A stretch of 10,044 nt of DNA from Paraspadella gotoi (Eukaryota; Animalia; Chaetognatha): the NCBI GenBank assembly GCA_051294375.1, contig JBJCIZ010000883.1, positions 1 to 10,044 on the forward strand, in the 5' to 3' direction. Positions within the stretch are counted from its first letter, which is position 1, and the number at the start of each line of letters is the position of its first letter. Below, in pieces: positions 1-8,646 of this stretch. A model generated the notes under the pieces. The model did not search any database. It saw nothing but the letters and a program-made list of their open reading frames with translations, and was not told the origin of the DNA. The position numbers and the translations under genes were made by a program.

Positions 1-243
1 GGGCGGGGCAAAAAGAAGAGAGATAGGAACTAACACCCGTCACTGCCGGAGAGCGTGCGTGTGTGTGAGCAATAGACTACTTTCCCCAGGCTCAAGCCCA
101 TATCTTCAACCACTCGCAACACGCACGAACCCACTTCTCCCAAACAAGGTTTACGACAAGACCTTTTCCCCTGCCACGCGCGCAGTGACACTGGATGCCC
201 AAAAGTGGCAGACCCGTTTGCACAAATCGTCAGAACCTCAAGA

Positions 244-860
244 ATTAATTTTCCGGCCAATATTGGTAGCGGTGAGAGATAGGTCTACTGAAAAAGAATA
301 GCAGACAAACATTATTCGTACCGCGCTACGGCTTTGATACATGGTAGCAACAGGATTTTGTTGTTCAAGGAAAAAGGTGAGTGCGAAGATGATTTAAAAA
401 GTTCGGCCATATAATTAATGACTACTTATCGCAAGTTTCCACACTAACGATTCAGTGCAAGATTGAGAGACAGATCGACGACATTAAGTCTCTCACACAA
501 TCACGCTGCTCTTGAAGATGATTACGTGGACACAAGCAAAATATTTTAAGCTGCACGATGTCATGGCGTCGCCGCCAAGGGATCCTTCGCTCAAAATGGT
601 AAACCTTGATGTTACCAACTCCCCAAAAAAGAAACGTTGTGGAACACGCTTTGGGGGAACACTCTGGAAGGCATTCAAATAACGGAAGTTCAAAATGACT
701 GGATGAGCTTATACAGATTTCAATTTATTGCACTCGACCTACATTCTTCTTTCTTTTAATGCGCAATTTTACGATCGAAAGCTTAGACGGGCGGTTGGAT
801 AAACGATCCCACCGATCGCCTTCAATAACTAAAAGTGGGGTTGGGCATTGGGCTGGTCCA
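244..860 (+). pseudogene. Pao-type aspartic protease region, heavily indel-disrupted
   Basis: LIFRPILVAVRD (from ~245) is followed by tac ggc ttt gat aca (t) ggt agc aac agg att ttg at 327-360, i.e. YGF-DT/GS-NRIL across a 1-nt insertion. Positions 812-860 reconstruct as PIAF.TKVGWALAGP, matching the Pao PxAxxTxxGWxxxGP motif. Reconstruction needs manual indel correction. Confidence 0.65.
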
Positions 861-1094
861 TCCGGACTAGAGCCAATCAAGGAGCCAGCTTGAGTGTGAC
901 TTGCAATCGCGGTAGATAATGCTCACCCTTTCCAGCAAGTAAACTGCATTTTTTTGCCCATTGGATTTCCAAGATGACCCAATTTGAAAAGGATGGATTA
1001 TCTAGAGTATGATAAAACAAGAGAGTATTAAGAAATCTCTTAAATGAATTAACACCAAATTTATATAAAGCGGAAAGTCATCAGAGGTCGCAGT

Positions 1095-1949
1095 TTGCCA
1101 ATGGAGACAAGATCGAGAAAACGACCGGGCGGCCAAAAAGTTCAAAATCTCGCGCCTCCCTAGCTCAGAGAAATATGGCCGCCGGCTCCGCTTGCGTCGC
1201 TCTCCGATCCAAGACTAACAGGAAGGATCCTGAAATGAGAAAAAACCAAGTACCTTTTTGCCCTCAGGTAAGAAACTAAGATCGGACTTCAAGCACGGAG
1301 TCTGCTACGAATTGTAATGACTCCAGAAAAGAGATATTAAGCAGTAATCACCCTTATTTGGACCCTACCCCCGTGTATAATTTGTAACCTCAAAACCAGA
1401 AAAACCGGAAGGGCTGAGTCAAATGGGCATATCACCTTAACTCTGAACTTCTCCAGAGGTCCCCCGATTCTAGGCAAACAATCTTGGCAGGTTGTCTTTT
1501 GCTAGCGTTTTTTGACACAGAATGCCAAATTCGTCCCTCTCCTCATGGCTGACATCAAGGAATTCTTCAATCAAGTCGGCATCGATCCCAGAGATCGGGA
1601 AGCCCAGCGTTTCTGGTTCTGGAAGGACGAAAACATGGACGAATTGCGCATGATTAAAATGAACATAAACCTTTTTGGGACGGCTCCCTCAGGTGCGATA
1701 GCTAATCACGCATTACAGCATCATGCTAAAATACATAAACATTTATATGACCCAGAAACAANNNNNNNNNNNNNNNNNNNNNNNNNNNNNNNNNNNNNNN
1801 NNNNNNNNNNNNNNNNNNNNNNNNNNNNNNNNNNNNNNNNNNNNNNNNNNNNNNNNNNNNNNNNNNNNNNNNNNNNNNNNNNNNNNNNNNNNNNNNNNNN
1901 NNNNNNNNNNNNNNNNNNNNNNNNNNNNNNNNNNNNNNNNNNNNNNNNN
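1095..1949 (+). pseudogene. Reverse transcriptase domain; the YxDD motif is not visible and is expected inside the N gap
   Basis: LP/WRQDR at 1095-1116, KPEK at ~1393-1404 and GISLNSELLRGPDL..NL.GVLLRF (reconstructed) at ~1426-1512. These are followed by the clean stretch MADIKEFFNQVGIDPRDREAQRFWFW..MNINLFGTAPSGAIANHAL, with the motif-A Asp at gac 1551-1553. Confidence 0.88.
1762..1949. other. Assembly gap, 188 N
   Basis: Run of N counted directly. The flanks are in the same frame, and the size is roughly what the missing YxDD-to-GFxLxKW segment would need. Confidence 0.99.
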
Positions 1950-2733
1950 GAAATGAAAAATTTTGCTGATAATGGTGTATCTTTTACAGATAGAACACTA
2001 GGTCTCGGTTATGATTTTGGGTCAGATAATTTTAAATTTTCTGTCGGAAATTTAAAAAGGGGGAAAGAAACAAAGACAAGAAGACAAGTATTATCACTAA
2101 CTTCTTCAATTTTTGATCCATTAGGATTCGCTGCTCCTTTCATTTTTATTGCTAAAAGATTATTGCAGAGATATTGCGTCTCAAGCTACGATTGGATGAA
2201 CCAATCCCCGCCCGAACAACTTCTCCCTTCCTTGAGTGCACACAAACCCTCTTGGAAATTGAAAACCTCTCCATCCCCCGGCGTGGATAAGGTTCATCAG
2301 AACTAGGAGAAATAGGTCAATTAACTTCACATTTTCTCCGATGCATCTCAACAAGGTTACGGCTCAATTGCCTATTTAAGAATTGACGATGTTATTGATC
2401 AAATTCATGTTTCGTTTTTATTAGCAAAATCTAGAGTTGCTCCTATAGAGAAGACAGTATTAGGTTCTAAAGAAACTATTCCACGACTAGAACTAACTGC
2501 TGCAGTTACCTCAACTGAAATTTATAAATTTATTAAACGAGAGATTGATCATGAAATAAATGAAGTTTATTTTTGGACAGATGCAATGTGTGTTCTAAAA
2601 CAAATTAGAAATAACGTGACTCGTTTTAAAGCCTTTTTTGCAAACAGATTGGCCAAGATACACGAGGTTACAGAACCATCTCAGTGCGATACGTACCGAC
2701 AGATCAAATCCCGCCGACCTTTGTTCACGAGGT
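1950..2733 (+). pseudogene. Pao connection (Peptidase_A17-type region) and RNase H domain
   Basis: RTLGLGYD..TRRQVLSLTSSIFDPLGFAAPFIFIAKRLLQ..YDW(D)EPIP. An open frame from 2325 reads LHIFSDASQQGYGSIAYLR..LAKSRVAP..TIPRLELTAAV..YFWTDAMCVLKQI..FFANRLAKI, then NPADLCSRG. Catalytic D 2340, E 2490, D 2580 and D 2716 are all present. Confidence 0.93.
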
Positions 2734-3177
2734 TTCGAGGCCACGACACGGTCATCGTGGAAATATTTTCACCTCAGGGACCAGCATTCCTTTGGGAGAA
2801 ACTCGTGCAAAATGGCCGGACGGTGACGGATTCATGTGAAACATAATATTCAGAACAGAGATATAATGTCATTACAGATAAATGAACCATCTAAAATGAA
2901 TTTCTTACAAAGAGTTGCTGCTAACTTATCTGATTGGCAAAAGCTTATTTTTCGAATTACTATCTATCAAAAGTTTATCAAATTTGTATTTCAAATAAAA
3001 CCACTAAAATAATTTCTTTAATTCAACATCAAGATATATTTAATGCAGAAATGACTTTAATTAAAATTAATTCAAGAAGAATCATTTGGTCATGAAATTT
3101 AATCATTTGAAAATACCAAAAAGCGTGATCTTCAATCAGAAAAGAATTACGTTCTAAAGTTTCTCCTCTTAGAGACC

Positions 3178-4030
3178 TGGATCCTTTGTTGACGACGACG
3201 GCGTCCTCAGGGTTGGTGGTCGCCTGCACCGAGCAAACGAAAATATGAGATGCGCCATCCCGCCATTCTTCCTGCGAAAATCAAGACTATTAATTCTCTT
3301 ATTTTTTTAACTCATATATTAGTGAAGCTCACGCTGGCCCCAATCAAACTCATGCTCAATTAGCAAAATTTTGGATATCAAAAGTCAAAATACGATACAA
3401 AAGGTCATCCGCCGATGTGTTTCCGCCAACGTCGAACATTCCCAGCCAGAGAAACAAAAGATGGCGCCCCTTCCGGCTATCCGCATTGAACCAGGTTTTC
3501 CATTTGAAGCACGGGCGTTGATCTTTGTGGACCTTTTAAAGTTAAAATTCATAGAACCATGCGCAAACGTTGGATAGCATTATTTACATGCTTAAGAATG
3601 AGAGCTGTACATTAGAAACCATACGAGATTTCCACTTCTTGTTTTATGAATGCTCTACTCAGATTTCAGGCTCGCCGTCCAGGTCTCAGAATCTTATATA
3701 GCGACAACGGCACAAATTTCCGAGGATCAGACAAAGAAATCAAAGCTGCTATCAAAACACACAACAAAGATTTACCTGAGAAGTTACGTTCAAAGGTCTC
3801 GAGTGGCGCTTCAATCCTCCTGGCGCGCCGCATTGGGGCGGAGTTTGGGAGCGGCTGGTACGGACAGTAAAGAAAAACTCTTCACGTTCTCCTAGACAAA
3901 AGGGAAGTTACTATCGAATCTTTGAAACAATGGTAATATTTCTGAAGGATAAATTAATCGCCGCCCTCTTACTCGTATCTCAAGCGATTCCCGTGATCCT
4001 TCCCACTAACCCCCGAGATGATCCTCAAAC
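3178..4030 (+). pseudogene. Integrase: HHCC zinc-binding region and DDE core
   Basis: LDP(F)VDDDGVLRVGGRL, YEMRHPAILP, AHAGPNQT, IRRCVS(C), QKMAPLPAIRI, TGVDLCGPF (D 3520), WIALFTCLRMRAVH(L)E, YSDNGTNF (D 3703), WRFNPPGAPHWGGVWERLVRTVK (E 3849) and NRRPLT. Confidence 0.93.
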
Positions 4031-4092
4031 CCTGGGCTCCCGGCGCTCTCATCTACTGACGTCATTCCCTCAACGATACTGCCAACAATTTC

Positions 4093-4489
4093 CGCTCAGC
4101 ATGGAGACAGAGTCAAAACTTAGCAAACGAAATTCTGGCGTAGGTGGCGCCGCGAAATATATTACCTCTCTCCAACAACGTCAAAAATGGACTTCCTCTC
4201 GCCCAAATCTCGCCGTGGGTGATCTGGTCCTTCTCGTCGACGATCTTCTCCAAGAGACAAGTGGTCTCTAGGCATTATCCACGCGGCTCATTCAGACGGC
4301 ACTCATGTCCGCCGTGTCACTGTCCGCACGGCAAACGGAAAACTCTTTGATCGTGACCGAACAAAAGTAGTCCGTCTTGAAGTCGAAAATCCCGATCTCG
4401 ACGATAAAATTGACAATTGTGAAGAAAATATTGATAAAAGTAACGATGTTGAAGAAAACGTGGACGAAATTGATCCTTTTAATTTGTAA
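4093..4489 (+). pseudogene. DUF5641-like Pao integrase C-terminal domain plus acidic tail
   Basis: With three indels corrected: RSAWRQSQNLANEFWRRWRREYITSLQQRQKWTSSRPNLAVGDLVLLVDDL(S)PRDKWSLGIIHAAHSDGTHVRRVTVRTANGKLFDRDRTKVVRLEVENPDLDDKIDNCEENIDKSNDVEENVDEIDPFNL*. Confidence 0.88.
4403..4474 (+). repeat. Degenerate 30-bp (10 aa) coding tandem repeat, ~2.4 copies
   Basis: 4401-4430 vs 4431-4460 match at 21/30 positions by hand count. Peptide units are DKIDNCEENI / DKSNDVEENV / DEID. Confidence 0.7.
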
Positions 4490-5087
4490 AGTTCAGGTCC
4501 TCTATAGTTCTTCCAGGCCAGGGCTGCGCGGGAAAAAATCTCAATGTGAGAAGCAAGATTTGAACTATTTTCGCGAAAGGACCTGGTCATCAACAATCCG
4601 AAGATGGGACGAACGCACGTACGACGATGACGACGACGTGACCGACAACGATGACCACGACGGTTGACGAAGAATGAGGTTCGCGACTCGCCCGGAATAA
4701 AGAACGACACGGTACGCTATGGCTACCATACCCTCAAGGAGGAGGGTTGCACCGAGAAATAACAACACAAAAACCCAAAGAATGAGAAAGAGGAAGACAG
4801 AGTTGGATAGACAGGAGGATGCAGAGAAGATGAGAGAGAGAGGAGATGTGGGAAATAGATTAATTCGGTACGAGCAGGAGATTGAGATAGAAAGATGATT
4901 ATGCGGGTTGTTTTGGAATGCCCTTATATTAGTATGAAATTCAGAGGAGAGATTGAGAAATTGATTTGTTTGATGAGAGAGTTCTGAGCATTTTGTAATT
5001 GTACCAATGCTTCAGTTTCCTTAATCCAATTCCCTTCAGAATACGATTTGTTAGAAATTCAAGTATTGCTTTCAGTAACACCTAGCT

Positions 5088-5478
5088 GTGCCTCTTTCTC
5101 TGCTCCTCCCTCTGACTCTGGTCTCTAGATCTTCTTATGCGATCCTTTTGCTTCTCTCCCATCATACCTCCCATCACGCGTTCTGTCTTATACAGTGCAG
5201 TACATCGCTCTTGCTCCTCTTCTGTTCTCCTGTCCTCTATATAATCTGTTATTCATGTTTGTCGATTTCCTTTACCAATGATTACTTGAATCATCGGCTT
5301 CCTCTCCCACTCCTCTCTCCTCCCTCTCTCCCTCTCTCTCTTCTCTCTCTCGTCTCTCTCTTTTCATTGCGTCATATCTCTCAATCGTCAACTACAGTTA
5401 CTTTCTTCTGCTTCTCTACCTACCTTATAGATTGGTGGGTTAATTTTGATTATTTTATTTTTCACCTCCTCCTCTCTG
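5088..5478 (+). repeat. CT-rich low-complexity tract with imperfect (CT)n at ~5300-5362
   Basis: Directly visible, e.g. ctcctctctcctccctctctccctctctctcttctctctctcgtctctctc. Confidence 0.85.
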
Positions 5479-5860
5479 TAAGTGTATGTATCTCACCATA
5501 CAATGTAGTTTGAGGATCATAAACACACCAACAGCATATCTTCTTTTGTTTCTGACCTCGTTCATACCTCGCTTCGCTGTTAATATCGTGAGCTCTCTCT
5601 TAGTCGTGCGACGTTTGCTGTGTACGTCGGTTCGTTTCGCTTCTCACTCTGCTGACAGTCGTCATTTGTACTTATCGCGTTCATCGTCCGTCCGTCGTTC
5701 ATTGTCGTCGTTGCGTTACTGTTTCTCTTTCCTCCTCGACTTGACCTTGTGTGCGTCATTTTTTATCTCTTCTCTCCTGACTTGCCGTTGTAAATCGTCT
5801 CTCTACTGTGACTTCTTGCAACTTGTTATAATTCTCGTATGACGAATGTTGAAGCTCTAT

Positions 5861-5866
5861 AATAAA
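5861..5866 (+). promoter_or_regulatory. Candidate polyadenylation signal of the element
   Basis: AATAAA in otherwise A-poor sequence, followed by GT/T-rich tracts and ~185 bp before the candidate LTR end. Confidence 0.4.
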
Positions 5867-6049
5867 CGTTTTACCAACTGGCATATAATGTCCTCGTCTT
5901 CTCTCTTTGACATACTAGTCGTAACTTATGTGAGAGTTATGGAATTTTACGTTAGCTCGAGTCTTGTGTCATAGTCAGTGCGTCGTTATACGTGCGCGAA
6001 TCGGTTCTCTGTTCACGTTCTCATCTATATTAACTACCGCGCTCAAACA

Positions 6050-7090
6050 GTAGACGATGAATATAACACTAAGGAAAGAGTGATACCTAAAAAAGAAACA
6101 GAAATTAAGAAAGAAACCAGATTCCCACAGAACTGCGAAGATGAGAAAAAGAGTACAAGACAGACGATTAAAGACAGCGATCGCACTTAAGTAACAGACA
6201 CCATGACAATATATATGTTAAAATAATCAGAGAAAGAAGGACAAAGAGCAATCTTCGATCGCTGGATTGAGGAGGAAGGGAAGGAGAAGGGAAAGAAAGA
6301 GGAAAAAAAAGAAGAAGAGAGAGGAGAAGAAAATGAAGAGAGCAAAGAGAATCAAAAAACAGGATCTTTCTGGGTAAGTGAACTCCCTCGGTTTCTGTGC
6401 GGGAAGTGAAGTAATCTGTGAACAAAAGATGACGAGCTTCCAGGTATTTTGACGACGACGACGACGACGATACAGACGACGACGATGAGTACGAAAAAAA
6501 TGTAAGTAACACAAGTATCAAGGAGGTTAAAATTCCTATTGTTTCATGTTAATTGAGTGGGATTGCTTGCGAGGGGAGAGAAATTAAAAAAAGTAAGAGG
6601 TATAAACAAATTAGAGTCTTTCCATTTGAGAAATGTCAAATATCTTGATAGAACATTAGAAGAACGGAAAAAAAATGAGAAAAAAATAACAATGTAAAAG
6701 AGGAGGATTAAGGCGGGAAGTAAAGAAGAAGAAAATGTGAAGAAATAAAGGGAAATTAGTAATAGCATATTGATTTAATAATATGTGAATTACAAAAAAG
6801 TAATAAGAAAGAGAAAGAAGATAATATAGAAAATAAAATAAAAAAGACGGAAAAAATAAAGGAGAAAAAAAGAGAGAAAAACTGAGGAAACGAATTAGAA
6901 ATGAGAAAAGAAAATTTAAAAAATAGAAAGATGATAGGAACTAGAATTTGTACAGATAAGAAAAAAAAGACATATCAAGAAAGAAACATAGAAAATAGAA
7001 AAAGTAAACAAAGTAGAAATGATAGAGATTAAGATGTAGAATACAAACTAACTTAAGAAATATAAATATATTCACAAAAAACCATTAACC
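6050..7090 (+). repeat. A/G-rich low-complexity tract
   Basis: Strong purine skew, e.g. 6269-6360 and 6800-7030. Confidence 0.85.
6451..6486 (+). repeat. (GAC)n microsatellite
   Basis: (GAC)6 GAT ACA (GAC)3 GAT. Confidence 0.92.
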
Positions 7091-7528
7091 TAGAAAAGTC
7101 GCAAACAATAGCCAATATAATAAAACTCTCTTTTTATAAAACTCTCTGTGACGACGAACGACGACCTCGAACCCGACGACGACTCGTGACTCGCCATATG
7201 TGACTCAATACAAATGTGCATTACAATACGATCATCATCTCGAAAGTTCTTATTCCGATTTTAATGAGGAAAATTTTTCGAAAAAGAAAATTTACGAAAT
7301 ACCTAAGAAATTAACCAATATACGATACAAATACAAGAATGCGGAATAACCAGAAGTGATTCTTTCTCATTATTCTGCATCGAAACAATATCATAACAAG
7401 AAATACTAAAATACATAGAACATCATCCAAAAGGAATCAAAATACAATCCGAATGTACGGAATCAACAGGTATAATATCAACCAAATATTATACGATTGG
7501 ATTAGAAGCAAGGATAAATTTAAACATG

Positions 7529-7670
7529 CTCCCTCCTCCTCGTGCTCTCGAATACATATTCTCTCTCTCTCTCTCGATCTTCTCCTCATCTCGTGCTGCC
7601 TGATCCTCTCCGTCTCTCGACATCTCATACTCTTTTCGTTCTCTTCTTTCTCTCTCTCGGGTTCTCTCTC
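7529..7670 (+). repeat. CT-rich tract with (CT)7 at 7561-7574
   Basis: Directly visible. Confidence 0.85.
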
Positions 7671-8646
7671 GAGCAGTGTTTCCTTTGGTGTTCTGGTTTC
7701 CCAAAGCGATATCACAGTCTGTGATTTTTTATAGAGTCTATGTCAATAAGGGAATTAATTAATATCTTACTTTTTAATTCGTTTTATTGCTTGTTATCAT
7801 CATCATATTTTTCTATTAATAAAAAAAAAAATTAAAACTAAATATATTAGAATGAAAAGCCAAAAAATTTTGAAAAAACAATTATAAGGCTTTCTCAATT
7901 CTTTGCTGTGTAAACTTTCCTGTTATATATAATCTACATCTTTTTGTGCGACGCGCGAACATTCGTTTAGTAATAATAGTACGACTCGAAGAGTCATGTT
8001 CGAGATTGTAAGCTATATGAAGAGAGTACGTACAAAGTCTCGCTCTCATATCGTCAGTACAGTCGTACTTGAACCGATTGAATTTTACACGAGTTCTCAA
8101 GTATACGTTCATCTCTTGAGGTTGAAAATCTACGAAGAGACACGTGTTTTGAGAGTTTTTGTCAAGGCTCAGAGATGAAAAAACATAACAATTTTAATGA
8201 GCACTTAAAAGCTTTTATGATGATACGATAGAAGCAAAAAATCAAAATATGCTCACTTAAATCTACCATAGTCTAGAGAAGATATAAGATCTATAAATAA
8301 TAGATTCTCATAAAGTTCCACAGTCCGTGAGCAGATTAGTAGCGTGGTAAAAACGAACAAATGAATCGATCAAACTCAGGAAATGATATAAGATGAAAGT
8401 TACATAGAACAAATGAATATGGGAGTAATAAATATCAAGTTATCTAACTCTTTAAGTAGGTGAATAGTGTCGCCATTTAAAGCGTTCTTTAATCGGGTGC
8501 GTAGGTAGCTGGACAGTAATAGTTAGTCAGATACGCGCCTTTAAGTCTTCTTAAATAAAGCGTTTTAATTGGTACCTTTAAGTGTTTTCAAATAGAGGCA
8601 ATTGTTTATACGGAGTTAGTTAACGTAGTTCTATTTGTCCCATTGA

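Larger units (their letters stand above)
244..4489 (+). pseudogene. pol: Frameshifted pol polyprotein region (protease-RT-RNase H-integrase) as assembled
   Basis: The motifs tile the + strand across all three frames. The ORF-track entries 1512..2306, 2586..2846, 2638..2826, 3371..3577, 3646..3870 and 3930..4271 each carry pieces of one polyprotein. The terminal stop is TAA 4487-4489 after ..EIDPFNL. Confidence 0.9.
240..6049 (+). mobile_element. BEL/Pao-type LTR retrotransposon (pol region plus probable 3' LTR); the 5' part (gag, 5' LTR) probably lies at or beyond the left edge
   Basis: Manual translation gives diagnostic BEL/Pao motifs in PR-RT-RH-IN order: ADIKEFFNQV, TRRQVLSLTSSIFDPLGFAAP, LHIFSDAS, AKSRVAP..TIPRLEL, NPADLCSRG, GVLRVGGRL, TGVDLCGPF, YSDNGTNF, NPPGAPHWGGVWERLV, FWRRWRREY..VGDLVLL. 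The family call is firm; both boundaries are approximate. Confidence 0.93.
4525..6049 (+). repeat. Candidate 3' LTR (~1.5 kb); boundaries tentative
   Basis: Starts shortly after the pol stop and a G-rich tract (aggccagggc|TGCGCGG at 4525; alternative start TGTGAGAA at 4545). AATAAA lies at 5861 and CCGCGCtcaaaCA at 6037-6049, exactly where composition flips from pyrimidine-rich to purine-rich. No second LTR is in the window to confirm this. Confidence 0.4.

Noticed and set aside
1-240. Gag C-terminal Cys/His knuckle
   Set aside because: The position fits and some Cys codons occur at ~44-66, but the sequence is too indel-ridden to reconstruct a CCHC motif.
1512-2306. Prokaryotic RT system (retron, DGR, CRISPR-associated RT)
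   Set aside because: The RT is embedded in a PR-RT-RH-IN polyprotein with Pao-specific motifs; no CRISPR array, operon structure or template/variable repeat pair is seen.
30-3229. Minus-strand ORFs 30..260, 493..693 and 3029..3229
   Set aside because: Antisense to the retrotransposon polyprotein, short, and with no motifs.
4303-4768. ORFs 4303..4710(-), 4377..4667(+) and 4565..4768(-)
   Set aside because: Antisense or off-frame shadows of the pol end and GAC repeats; the poly-D, poly-R and poly-S runs come from the simple repeat.
5088-5842. ORFs 5088..5513 and 5486..5842 as hydrophobic env or membrane proteins after pol
   Set aside because: Leu/Ser/Phe richness and lack of stops follow from the CT-rich, A-poor DNA; no domain-like sequence.
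7274-7285. Perfect palindrome TTTTTCGAAAAA
   Set aside because: Low complexity; expected by chance in AT-rich DNA.
5978-7734. Short ORFs rich in K/E/R or F/L/S on both strands
   Set aside because: Translations of purine- or pyrimidine-skewed low-complexity tracts.
7818-7831. AATAAA/A11 as the tail of a retroposed element
   Set aside because: Short A run in very AT-rich context, with no recognisable upstream SINE/LINE body or TSD.
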